Source: Vicugna vicugna
Taxonomy: Eukaryota
Assembly (NCBI GenBank): GCA_013265495.1
Contig: MU061298.1
Location: forward strand, 1,674,001 to 1,738,000
DNA: 64,000 bases
Direction: 5' to 3'
Under the pieces are notes generated by a model. It was not told where the DNA came from. It saw nothing but the letters and a program-made list of their open reading frames with translations, and ran no database searches. Numbering within the stretch: position 1 is the stretch's first letter; every line of letters starts with the position of its first letter. The translations under genes were made by a program, and so were the position numbers. This document shows positions 11,201-23,500 of this stretch, piece by piece.

Positions 11201-12965
11201 CCTCGAACTATAATGGTGCTTCTTTCTCCCTCATCACACTGAGCCTCCTTAAGGACAGAGACCATGTCCTTCCTTGCTCACGACTGCATCTCCAACTGGC
11301 ACATAAGTATTTGATGACGACGTATAGGAGGAAGGAGGGAAAGAAGGAAGTTAATTTCTCAGTGACCTTTGAGAAAGAATTATCTAGAAAAAAAGGGATA
11401 AGCCAGCGTTCAGTGGCCTGTGTGCCTTTCACATGATCCCAAATACAGCAAAGAGCATACAGTAGCTACTCAATAATTGCTTGTTACTTCATCCTGCCAG
11501 TTAAGATCACTAGAATGCCTATGTCTCCAAGATTTAAGATTTCCTGGAAAAAAAAAAAACCTTTTTGGAATCAGCCACGGTGATGCTCCTTTTGGCAGCA
11601 TCTCTGCATCACCTTTGGGGAAATAAGTAATGGGAGATGTTGCGACCAGGTCCAGGAGAGGGCCTGGAGCCAAAACCACAGAGGCGTATCCTCAAGCTCC
11701 CTAACGAGAGTGGCCTGAAGTGAGTGTCAGGAGCTGGTGCCTCTGGAACAAAAGGAGTCAGAAAGGCAAGAGCTGGGAACAGGGGACCCAGGGTGGATCT
11801 ATATGATGCAGGGGAGGTGGTCTGAATGGATCCCAGACTGCCCCCAGCAGGGCCTGCAGGTGCTTCTGGCGGTACAATAGCTGGATATGGTGGAAGCATA
11901 ATGGAACGGTCAGGGTGAAAGGCAGGCAGTGCTGTGGGGTAGGTTCTCCATTCTTCCGGTGGTCCCCTCTGCTCCACGAGCTGTCTCATCCTCTCCCCAC
12001 CAGGTCCCCTTGTTCCCTGCTGCAGCCCCATCCTCAAGGAAGGAGACAGCTGGCACCCTCACTCACATGGCTGTGCAGGGCTTGTGCCGGTCACTTGCCT
12101 ACTGGCCATGACCCATCCCCACCCTTCTCCTGCTTTACCCTGACTCTCACTGTGTCCCAGCACACGTTCCTTAGTTTTTCCTTTGTCTATAGGATTCTGG
12201 CTGGGTTCAGCCAACAGGAGGTGCTAGAGGTCAACAGAGGGCTTGGGCTGGGGAGAAGCCAGGTGTTTCGCTCCCTTTGTCTCAGCTCCAGGCAGCATCT
12301 TTAGCAGTGGCCACACCTCCTCTGTGGGTCCACGTCCCACCGAGCACCCTTGTCTCGGTGGTCTCAGCTCTTGGCAAGCAGCCCCTGCTGTGGGCTTCTA
12401 CTGATGAGCCAGGCCACGGGGCCCCTCCCACAGCCCTTCCTCCAAGATTCCTGCTCCCACGAGGCAGCTCTGGTCCTGGGCTCTTGTGATACATCTCCTC
12501 CATTCATTCATTTCTGGGTCGCCTGGACTTCCTCTGGTTACACTTTCAGCCCTTCAGACACCTCTGTAACAAATTCCCTGAATTAAACCCCCTCTATTGA
12601 GTTCTATTTCCTGACTGGACTCTGACAAATACAGGCTTAATCTGTTATCTTTCCCAGTGGGCTGTTCATTTTAAAAGAAAAATATAGACTGAGGGCAACG
12701 TGTATCACAGAGGAATGAAATATCGGAATTTTACTTTACAGGCGAGGAGAGATTTAGGACTGTTGGCCTCTCATAACACATCATGTAAGTAGGTGTGTGA
12801 GTCTTCTGGGTCAGTTGGACTCTTGAATCACAAAGAACAGAGACTTGCTCCAAGTGACCACCACATCAGAACAGAGGGAAAAAAACAAGAGCTGACCCTG
12901 CCATCCAGCATGAACAGACACTGGAAAGCCAATGTAGACCCAAAGCTAGGACCCTGGGCTTGAGG

Positions 12966-13826
12966 TGTGCAGTGGGCTTGGTAACGGCCCCCAAAGATAT
13001 CATGTCCTAATGGGACCTGTAAATGTCACTGTAGTAGTCAGCTCAGGCTCCCCTATCAGAATAACACACCGGGTCGCTTAAACAGTAAAAACGTAGTTCT
13101 CACAGTTCTGGGGGCTCAGGAGTTCAAGATCAAGGTGCTGCTCAATTTGGTTCCTGTTAAGAGTTGTCTTCCTGGCTTGTAGACAGATGGGGTCTTTCTG
13201 TGTTCTCTCATGGGCTTTTCTCAGCGTGTGCACAGGGAGAGACAGAGAGTCTCTTCTTACAAGGCCACCAATTCTCCAATTGTGTCCACTAAGGGGGGAT
13301 TAGGACCCCACCCTTATGACCTCATTTAATCTTAATTGCCTCCTAAAAGCCCAATCTCCAAATATAGTCACATTGAGGGTTAAGGTTTCAACATAGGAAT
13401 GGGGGGAGGGGTGTCCCCACACAAAATCAGTTCATAGCAGTTACCTTATTTGGCCAAAGGACTTTGTAGATATGACTAAATTAAGGATCTCGAAGTGGGG
13501 AGATTACTCGGGATCACCCAAGTGGGCCCTAAATGCAATTACAAGTGTCTTTATAAGAGAACCAGAAGGCTTTTGGACACAGAGGAGAAGGCAATGTGAC
13601 CACAGTGGCAGAATTGGAGTGATACGGCCACAAGCCAAGGAAAGCTGGCAGCCACCAGAAGATAGGAGAGGCAGAGGGGATTCTCTCCCAGAACCTCTGG
13701 AGGGAGCATGGCCCCAGACACCTTTATTTCAGACTTCTACTCTCCAGGACTGTGAGAATAAATGTGTCATTTTAAGCCACCAAGTTTGCCACCGTTTGTC
13801 ACAGCAGCCACAGGAAAAACAGTACA
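12966..13826 (+). mobile_element. MaLR (MLT1C/D-like) solo LTR, interrupted at 13030-13439
   Basis: ggcccccaaagatatcatgtcctaat...acctgtaaat / gttaccttatttggccaaaggactttgtagat...aataaatgtg...agcagccacaggaaaaacagtaca matches the recalled MLT1 LTR layout. Confidence 0.85.
13030..13439 (-). mobile_element. Second MaLR (MLT1A-like) solo LTR nested in opposite orientation
   Basis: TG...CA termini; internal ttctcacagttctggggg...caagatcaaggtg and ccttatgacctcatttaatcttaatt motifs; 5-bp TSD gtcac/gttac. Confidence 0.85.
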
Positions 13827-15224
13827 AGGTGCGGCTCACGGCCCGCTGCTCTGCCTGGAGTGAGCCGCGCCTGCTCACGTCTGCTCTGCCCTCTCACCTG
13901 CTTCTCATCCTCTGCTGTATCTTTTCTCCAGCTCAGAGCCCCCGCTTCCTCACTGTTTCTGCTCTCTCATGATGCTGGCTTACACTGAGCCTGTCCCTGT
14001 CCTCGCCGGCTCCTGTCTGAATTAGAACCTCTCAGTTTAGGGAGCCATTATTCACTTCACTGTCTTCTGGAGTTTGTATTTTGCCTAAGGGCACACAGTT
14101 TGCCGGGCGGTGCATAGGTTGGCTGCTCTGAAGTCAGGGGCCCATCTGTGGTCCAGGTGCCCCTGGCCTGACGGAGATGTGGGAAGATGGCACAAAGGGA
14201 CACTGGAACACGTAGGACTGTCTCTCCCTCGGAGGCTCTGGGAGGAGCGCTCTCACTTGACCAGGGCTGTGAGTGTGACTGATGGTGGGGCTGCCAGATC
14301 TGGCTCTGCTCAAACGTTTGGAAAATTTTAACCCAAATGATAGGCACTCCGTTCTGAGGCAGCATGGAAGAAATGAAGGAGAAAATAATCATTGGTCGAG
14401 CTAACTGTTCCTAACGAGGAATTACCAAAAACTTAGAGGAGGAGCAGGGCCCTGGTTAAATGTGGCATTCTTTCTCCGTGTCATGTTAGTGTTTAGTCGT
14501 GGGACTGGGGCTGTTTGGATGAGGAAGAAACTGGTCTTCCTAATTTAATTGTTCAAATAAATTAAATTATTGAGTGGCTGAATGAGGCCTGTCTACTTAG
14601 TCAGCTCCCCGGCCTGCTGGCCGTCCTCTAACCTGGAGCAGGGCTTCGCAGAGGTTAGTGCCTTCAGGGCACCCGGGGGCTCCATGGGTGGGGAGCATGG
14701 CCGGAGACCCGGCTTTTCCCGCGAGCTCGCAGGCAGTGCTGAACTGCCGGTCTGCACACAGCGCTTTCGGTCACAGGGCTGAGGAGCAGATGAGTTTCTA
14801 AGGACCCAGTTCCATGGATGTTTCTAGGTGCACCTTGAAAAACGTAACTGGGCCAAATAATCTGGGGAAAGAGTGGGTAAAACAAAGTTCATCAGGCTCC
14901 CTTACTCTCAGGATGTCTTGCCTGCTTACATGCCCTGTGACTCAAGGAGAGACTGATTATATGCAGTGGTTCCCAAATTTATTTAAGCACGGGATCTGAG
15001 TTCCCATATATGTCAAATACTAGGATTGTATAAAGTATACTTCAGGAAATGCTTCTCTGGGAATCCAATCTTTACCCCTTGCTTTCAGCCCAAGGCTCCA
15101 GGGGGAGTTTTTAACAATGGGAAGGAGCAGGAAACTGCATTCTTGGCTTCAGAGCTGGGCTCTCCCTTCAGGCAAAGACTTAAGCCAAAGATTAGCAGCT
15201 CTTAAGACTGAAGAGTATGTAAAG

Positions 15225-15445
15225 TGTGGTATTGGAATAACACAAACCTAGGTTTGAGTTCTTGCTCCACAATTTACTAACTATATGACCTCGAGTCAGT
15301 CATCCTCTCTGAACCTTGGTTTCCTAATCTGTAAAATGGGGATATTAGTGTCTTCCTATTTGGTAGGGTTATGGTGAGAAATAAATGAGTTGAATGCCTG
15401 TAGAGGACTCAGTATGTTGCCTAGTACATTGTAAATGCCCAAAGG
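15225..15445 (+). mobile_element. MIR SINE
   Basis: Core tgacctcgagtcagtcatcctctctgaaccttggtttcctaatctgtaaaatgggg. Confidence 0.8.
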
Positions 15446-17059
15446 AAGCGCTTATTATTACAATGATGCAAAAAATGTCACAACACTTCATATGCACCCT
15501 ATTTTTCACTCCAGTTTTTTTATTTTAAGTGAGAGAGAGAAGGAGACAGGGAGAGAGAGAGAGAACATGCAAACATTCTGACTTGGAAGGGAACTTGTGC
15601 TTTGAAGCTGACAAGTATAATTTGTCTTGAAACTGCCAAGCTCTTGGGTTGAGCCCTCATATTGGAAAAAAAGAGACAAGTGAGATTAATCTGGGGCCTT
15701 CATTACTTGCTCCATCTGGCCTGGCTTGGCACGGCCCCTTCCCTCTACAAACCGATTACTCCTTCAAAAGCCTCAGCAGAGTGGCCTCTAATGGGTTCTG
15801 ACATGGCAGGAATGGTGCTCACACAGCACAGAGATAAGGGCCCCAGCACCAGGGCCAAAACACCCCCAGCGCTATGGCCCAGATGCTCCACCACAGAAGA
15901 AAGAAGTGAACTGAAAAGGAGCCAAGGCCTCTGGGCCAGGGTGGATCTCAGGATTTCCAGGAGCACCTGGTCCCCACAGTGGGTACAGCAGGAGCGAGGC
16001 TCACGGGGATGGGACTGGTGATCTGGCATATCTGACTGGGGCGTGTTCCAGTGTCCAGGGGCACTTTTTAATCTGGCTTTACAGTCACACTAGGGCTAGG
16101 GAGGTGCTTGGGGGAAGTGAAGAGTTGTTGTTTTTAGACGTTTGCCAGTAAAAACCTGCTGAGGAGCCATCTCACCTTTTCCCCCGTGCACGTGGCCGCC
16201 CCATGGTGGGAGGGGCTGTGGGAACGGAACTGACGTTCACTAGCACCTTCTATGCCCCAGGCAAGGTGCCAGGTGGTCTCCACCTTTTTGGCTCTATCAC
16301 CAGCACAAGGCCGAGAATGAGGCATTACTGTTCTCTTATTGAGAGAAGGGAAGGCATTTATCCTGGGTCACCCAGTAAGTGACAGAGCCAGGATCTAAAC
16401 AGAGGATGATCCTATTTGTGGGTAGATGTTGGTGGTTTGTGCTATTTTGCATCCTCAGTAGCAGCCTCTGGATTTGAGAGATTATGAGTAGTGAGAATCT
16501 TCCACAACCTCAGGAGGGACTGACACTCTCCTAGGAGACTGTAAAGCAAAAAGGCTGACAGGGAGCCTTGGAGCCACCCTGAGAAAGATGGAGTGGAGTT
16601 CTTGAACAGAGAAACTAAACCAGATCAATCAATCGATCCATCAAGGATTGTTTATCTTGGCTTCGGAGACTGCCAGTCTCTGAGACAAAGGCTCTGCTTC
16701 TGAGCTTCTGTGAACACGCAGCTCTTTCAAAGGGCCATGAACTTTGTCTGCTGGGGCCTGAGTTGTCAAGGCCAAGCCCAGTAGCTCCCAGGGCCTCAGA
16801 GAAGTGAGTCTGGGAGGCTTGGCGAGTCAGACTGTACAACACTGCCCTCTCCTGGGAGCAAGATCCATCTGGCCTGGCCAGGCAGAAATCCAGCTCGGAA
16901 TACCTGACTAAATGACATGATAGTTTCTCTGCTCCCCAACCCTGGGAGCCTTCTGTGGTCACATTATGAATCAGGACTCCCAGTGTTTATTGATTAGTTA
17001 ACAAAGCCCACGGAGATCGAAAGCATGGGCTTCCAAATCGAACACTGACCCATTCATTT

Positions 17060-17600
17060 CAATTTTTTTTTTCATTCAACAAATATTTACAGAGTACCTG
17101 TTTTGTGCCAAGCACTGTGCTAGGCACGGAATACACAATGAGATCAAGGCAAATGGTCTCTAACTGCATGAATTTTATAGTCCAGTGAAGAAAATGGGCT
17201 GTAAACAAGCAATTGTCTTACTGTAAAGGGATTCGTTCATTATTACTGTGATGAGTGTTTAGAAGGAAAAATGCAGCATGCTGTAGGAGCACATAATGTG
17301 CAGAGGAAGAGGAGGACTCTGGCCTGGTCAGTCAGGAAAGTCTTCCCTGAGGGCATGTTCTACATGCAGACATGAAGGATGTGCAGGAATTAGCCAAGCA
17401 AAGTGATTTAGGAGAACAACATGGGTGAAGGCCCTGAGACAGGAAGAACGGGCTGGAGCATTTGAAGAACTGAAAGAAGCTCTGCACTGATGGGCCATCA
17501 GGGAGAGATAAAGAGCAGTGTGAGGTGAGGGCAGAGGAAGAGGCAGCAACCAGATCCCACAGGGCCTTAGAATGCCATGCTAAGGATCTGGCCCTATGTC
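17060..17600 (-). mobile_element. L2 3' fragment
   Basis: cattcaacaaatatttacagagtacctgttttgtgccaagcactgtgctagg is the typical reverse-complemented L2 3' end. Confidence 0.8.
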
Positions 17601-18075
17601 AGTCAAGTCTCTTTATGTTACATATGACAAACTAGTGTAAGTTGAAAAGGTGATTTTTCAGTTCATATAAGTGGGAAGTCTGGAGTTAAAGCTTCAGGTA
17701 TGGCTGGATCCAGGAGTTCAAAGAGTATCATTAAGACTTTCTTTTTAATGAATTAATTGTCTTTGCTTGTTTCTGCATTTCTTATTAGTTGGCCTGATTT
17801 GCTCCTGCACTGACATAGTCTATCAAGCTGGTAGGAAAACTGTAACCAGTATTCACCAGGCCTGTTTCTTTACAATCTATGATTCAAAAGAAAGACAAAA
17901 TTACCCCGCTATCTCCATCTTAAAAGGGAAAATCAGGGAAAGGCTCTAACTGGCTCAGTTTTGGGCAATTGCTGAGACCATTGGACGCACTGGACCCATC
18001 ACTACGTCTACAGGGATGTGATGCAATGATTCGCATAACCTGGGCCATGTTCCTAACACTGGAGCTAGAATGAGG
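17600..18075. mobile_element. Old MaLR/ERVL-type LTR fragment
   Basis: gcttcaggtatggctggatccaggagttcaaa and gatgtgatgcaatgatt...ctgggccatgttcctaacactggagct resemble old MLT1J-N-type LTRs; family uncertain. Confidence 0.4.
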
Positions 18076-18926
18076 GCGGAGAGTGAAGAAAGGAGAAGGA
18101 GGCACCATGACAGACAGCCCCAGGGTCATATGGAATATGGGAGAGATTTCCCCAAGAAAAAGTGGTACTGATTGTAGAAGAGACGTGGGCAAAACTGTGG
18201 GACATACAATAACGTTGACAAAACACCAGCATAATTAGCAAAAAGCTACGAGAAACCACTGAAGGATTGTATGCAAGTGAAAAACAAGATAAGGTTTGTA
18301 AAAAAGAAAAAAAAAAAAAGATCACCCTGGCTACTGTAAGACTGGAATGGAAGCTGCAAGGGTAGGAACAGAAAGGACTTCAGATTCTAGGCAAACAGAA
18401 CACCTCCCAACTACCTAGGAATTATCTAGAAATGCTCAATAAGCCACAGCAAAGAGCCTTCTAAATGCACAGTAGAAGTTGCAAGAAAGTACAAGAAATC
18501 CTCATGGGAGCAAAGTCAAGGAGGAAACTGAAAAACATACAGTGAAGTGAGTGGCCAAAGCTACTTTTCCTTGGAAAGTTCTTCCAATCTTAGGCAACCA
18601 AGAGACTTCTATTTTAATAGCCACATGGGGAAAGGCGAGAGGGTCTTAGGCCTAAACAAGATGGGTATTAGATCTGAGAACCTTGCTACCCCTGCCCACA
18701 CCCCACATAAAGCAGGGGATTTTAGTGATTGGTGAAATAAAGGACCAGGAAAAAAATGTACCCATTGTCAAGGAGAGCTAATAAGACAGCATTTGTGTCT
18801 TGCTGGGCTCTGGGTAGGAAAAAAGCCATCTCCCTTGAGACTTTATAGACATAAGTCTTCTCATGGGTTTGGGGTTGAAAGTCATTCCATATTCATGGTC
18901 CTGAAATCTTACTTTAAAAAGAGTCT

Positions 18927-19085
18927 GGGGGTGGGGGGCAGGGTATAGCTCAGTGGTAGAGTGCATGCCTAGCATGCAAGAGGTCCTGGGTTCAGTCCCC
19001 TGTACCTCCATTTAAATAACTAAGTAAATAATAAATAAACCTAATTACAACCCCCCCAAACAACAACAGCAGCAGCAGCAGCAAC
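18927..19085 (+). mobile_element. tRNA-Ala-derived SINE (camelid Vic-1-like)
   Basis: Head gggtatagctcagtggtagagtgcatgcctagcatgcaagaggtcctgggttcagtcccctgtacctcca has A and B boxes. AT-rich tail, TSD aagagtct (18919-18926 / 19086-19093), insertion at a TTT/AAAAA L1 endonuclease site. Confidence 0.85.
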
Positions 19086-19859
19086 AAGAGTCTAGACCAG
19101 CCATACCCTGGGAGTACCTGCAAGAAACAAACACAGACTTCTCTGGAGACCCTTAATCGAGGAGGCCCCCACGGAGTATGTGCTCACAATCCCATGCTGA
19201 GGTTTTCAGCCATCTCTTTCCCCCTGTGACGACCACATGGACCGTTAGCTGGCCAGCGGCCACTAGGGCCTTCCTGACCCCTTCCCAGTCCACTTCTGAT
19301 CTTCCAAGCATCTGTCCTCATGATTCCACTTCCTGCCTGGGGCCGGAGGGAGCCCACTCTAGCCCTGATACTTGCATCAATCTCTGGCTTGGAACTTCTG
19401 TCTCCTTCTCAACCTAATTTGGGGTTTCCTTTAGTTACGAGGCCCCTGGCTGCCCCCAGTGGCAATTTTCCTCCCCCTCTTAGGCCCAGCCTGGCTCTGA
19501 GACCCTCCATCCTGGCCTGAGCCCACCTGCACTATGCCCTCTAAGTCCACCGGGCCCCTGCGTGCTGGGCCAAGGCAGAGGCAACACGAGAAAGGAGAAG
19601 GGGATCCAGGCAGGCTCTGGGTTGGTCCTCACCCCAGTCTGTAGCATCTGGTGGAGGTGGTGCGGCCTAGTGGAGCCCCTCTGCCCTCCGCCGTCCAGGC
19701 CCGAGTCAGACAGTGGGTGTGGGAAGCTTCCCCGAACTGAGGAGGGCCGTCCCTGACGGTCCTCCACACACCACGGCCTGTGGCGGGCAGGCTGGCAACG
19801 CAGAACGCTGGCACTGAGTTCTGAGGTGGAAATCAAATACCTGTCTGACTTAGACAAAC

Positions 19860-20260
19860 AGACGCAACACAGCAGCCTTTGTGAGAAGAGCCCCCAGCAG
19901 GTCGGGAGCACTGAGGGAGTGGGTTGGCGCCTGCGCCCTGCCCTGCGGGCCCGAAGTGGGGAGAAAGGCCCGCGCTCCCGCTGTCCTGAGAGACGAGGGC
20001 AGGGCCTTCACAGCCCCGGCAGGCCAGGCGCCCTTCCCAGGCAGCCCCGCGCGGTGTGGAGGAGGGTGAGCCGGGCCCGCGAGCTCGCACGTGGAGGTGG
20101 CTCTGCTACCAGCGGTGGAGAGAAGCTGGCTCAGGCCCTGGGGCCCGCCGTTCCCACAGCCCTGAGCGCGCACCCGCCTCCCCCGGGTGCCTGCGCAGAG
20201 AGTTGCCGCTGTTGGTTTACTTGCCTTTGTTCTTGACCAGCACTTGGCCCCCGTGTAGTG
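19860..20260. promoter_or_regulatory. Second orphan CpG island
   Basis: About 29 CpG by hand count in 19860-20210; NRF1-like GCGCCTGCGC (19927-19936) and GTGCCTGCGCA (20187-20197); CACGTG at 20088-20093. Confidence 0.65.
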
Positions 20261-20384
20261 TGGTGGCTGGCACGGAGCATGGGCTCAGTGAACAGCTGTA
20301 GGTGCACTACAGATCTCCATTTTCTTGCAGCAGACAAGGGAGGTTAGCCTATCTCTAAAGGACTTTTCTTGGCATGCAATTCAG

Positions 20385-20590
20385 AAGTGTAGACTCAGAC
20401 CCGGGGCAGGAGTGTGGTCTGGCTCCACCACCGACTATTTCGAATTTGCAGCAGGTTATTTAACCTCCTTGTCCTTCATCTGTAAAGTGGGCGTAATATA
20501 GCATTCATCTCATGAGGGTGTTGTCAAGATGAAGTGAGGGCACCTGCAAAGCACTTAGCACCCTGCCGGGCCCACAGTGGCCGCTCAGCA
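20385..20590 (+). mobile_element. MIR SINE
   Basis: gcaggttatttaacctccttgtccttcatctgtaaagtggg...gtgttgtcaagatgaagtgag...aaagcacttagcac. Confidence 0.75.
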
Positions 20591-23500
20591 CAGGTCAGAC
20601 TCTGAGTTTATTTAGTGTCTGCACACATGTATCTCATCATTCATTTGCACAGTCATTCAGTTAATGAGCAGAGTGGATGCCAAGCACTGTGAACACAAAA
20701 ATGAACGGAAAGCCTTCATACTGGAGGAACTCCTAGTTTAGGGGCACTCGCTCTGTGTTAAAATGAGAGTTCCTCAGACACGGGAGGCCACCCATCATAC
20801 AATTCCATGTCTATGAAATGTCCAGATGGGGCAAATCCATAGAAACTTTCTCCTTTATCATGATTGTGAGACAGTGCAGAACAGGAGAACACTCAACGTT
20901 TCCATTTCTTTATCTGGGAAAATGGCAGCCTTCCTACCACAGTGCAGAAATGAAGTCAGAAACCAAAGGAGACTGAACTTTTATGAGATGGGATGTTTTA
21001 CGAAACAACACTGTCCTGAAAAGCAGATAGACTGCTACCTTTCCGAGCCTTTCTGTCGACTGGAGAGCAGCACTCTGAGCCACAGAAGACGTGCTTTGGG
21101 GAAAACAGGTATTAGTCCGCACCCGCAAATCCGACTTAATGGATCCAGGCAGAGCTTCCACATTTGGTAGAAGACCAAACCAAAGCCCTCAGAAGTCCCC
21201 ACAGGACAAGCAGACAGACATGAGACACGCTCTGACTGGCTGTGACCTCACTTCTTTTGGATAATGACATGCTAGGTTTAAGGGGCTGCTGCTTGCTTCT
21301 GATACTAGGAAGGGAGGGGAGCCCCTCCGTCATCCAGAAGGACCTGCCTTGTGCCCTGCGAGTGTGGGGCCCTGGGCTCGCCTGCCCATCTGGTCCCATG
21401 GTGGCTGCTGGTCCGCGAACCTGCTCAGAGCAGGGCCTTGGGGCTCAGGCCTGCCTTTGATTCTACTCCTTGAAGAAAAATAACTCCTTTCTGGCTTCAG
21501 GCTAATTTGGTAGAACCCCGCTCCACCTACACCCCTCAATGAACTTCAGCAGTAGTGGGAGAGAACATACTTTTTAACGTGTAGCTCTAGTTTTATTCAG
21601 TGACCCTGATACGTATCTCCCATCTGCTGCCAGGATCCACCCCGACCCTCTGTCCTGGGCACTTTCTCACCTTCAGCCTCTAAAGCTTCATGAAAAAGTG
21701 TTTGGTTAGCCAGTTACTGGCTGTAAAATTTGGTCACCTACCTTGCCACCTGTAAAATGAAGATAATCAGACCTCACAGGTTGGAGAGGTCACAGCATAA
21801 GGGAACACTCTGCCACACAAGAAGCAGATTTCACTCAGTCATTCCCCAAATTGTTTACTGAACTTTTGCTCTGTGCCAGGCATGGGGCTAACCCTGGGTA
21901 AACACTGGTGAAGAAGGCAGCCCCCACCTTGTGGGCATTCCAGGGCAGCAGGAGAAATGGAGAGTAAACACACTGTTAGCATCGAGCCCAGTCAGTGCCG
22001 TGGACAGGGCGCTGCTGCAGGAACGCTAGACAAAGCTCCCAAACCGGACACTGGACGCTCAGGAAAAGCTTCTGGAAGAAAACAGTGTTTAAGTGAAGAC
22101 CTGAGGAAGGAGTGGGAGGTGGGGAATATGGGGGAGGGAAAAGGGTGGGTGTGGAGGAAGGGTGATTCAGGCAGAGAGCATGCAGGTCCAAAGGCCTGGA
22201 GACAAAACAGCACAGAGTTTCCTGAGAACTGCAGGTGGCCCCACGACCGGAGCCTCCAACATGAGGCAGGAGTTAGAGGAGGAGGAGCTGGTGGGGTAAG
22301 CGGCAGGCAGGTTTGCGTGGCTCTTGTATGCACACAAAGGCAGTGGGACCCCAGCATTTGAAAGAGCGCTTAGCTGGCGCTGAGGAGACTGGATGAGGGG
22401 ACAAGAATGAAGGCCAGGGGCCACGAGGAGGCCTCTGCTGTAACCCAGGCGGGATGCGATGACTGTGCTGATGGCTGCGGTCACTTGTATCCAGCCCCCT
22501 TTGCTTGGGGGTTCAGAACATAAAAACATGAGGGGTGTGTCTCCTACACATAATGTTTTCTGGCAGATTCTTACACAGTAAGGCTGATTCCGGTCTGATG
22601 AGCCAACAGGAAATGCAGCAGAAGCAGCGTGGACGAGCTCCGGGGCGGAGGCGGCAGAGCGACCCGGGCCCAGAGCCGGCCTCCCCAGCGCTGCAGTGAG
22701 CTCGGCCTTTGCCCTCGTTCTCTATGGGGCAGGGTCTGCCCCTGGAAGCCTGGCCACTTCCTGGACCCGGGGAACAGCCCTGAACGGGAATCTGCTTCTC
22801 CGAGATGAAAGCTGAACGTCAAGAAGGAGGGGAAAAGTGAAATTTCAGGGTTGGGCCCCAGACAGTTCAAGCCCAACTTTCTCTCTGTAATCCTCACCAC
22901 ACCCCAAAGAAAACAGGCCTGACTCAGACCACGTCAATCCTGGGAGGCGGGGAAGCTTGGCTGTGAGCTGCTGGCCAGCCTCTCAGGGTTCCGTCTCCCG
23001 GCACTCCAGGGGCCACAAGTGTTGGGGTGTGTCTCTGGAAGCCACAGAGGAAGGAAGGGTGGCCCGTACCCCTGCCCACACCCACAGCCACACGGCCCCA
23101 CCACCTCCTCTTCCTCCCGTGAGCTATCAGCTCCCAACGCTGTAGCCAAGTGGAGTCAGGGAAAGCAGCTAAATTACAACCAGGGTTGAGGAGGACATTT
23201 TTGAAGCCGTTCCAGGGGCCACAGACCTGGGGGTACCTGCAGCTGATTCAACAGATGGGGAGACAGAATCGGGTCATGGAAAGGGAGGGAAATTCCACTT
23301 CCACCACATGGTAGCTGAAAACCTGGGGCAAGTCACTTAAACTTCTGTTGGGCTTCAGTTGCCTCAGCTCTAACATGGGCACGGGGTGTCTCACTTGGAG
23401 GGTTACTGAAAAGCATCTACCCCAACATCCGAAACAGAAGAGGCGCTTGGAAATTTGGATTCTAACAGCAGGTGTCTCCTTATGCAAGTCCTAAGGCACT

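Noticed and set aside
13472-13972. 166-aa ORF
   Set aside because: It lies mostly inside the MLT1 LTR, which is non-coding.
18939-19010. Possible tRNA-Ala gene
   Set aside because: It is followed by an AT-rich tail and flanked by a TSD, with mismatched stems, so it is a SINE head.
19480-20337. Many overlapping ORFs around the second CpG island
   Set aside because: High GC content depletes stop codons in all frames, and none resembles a known protein.
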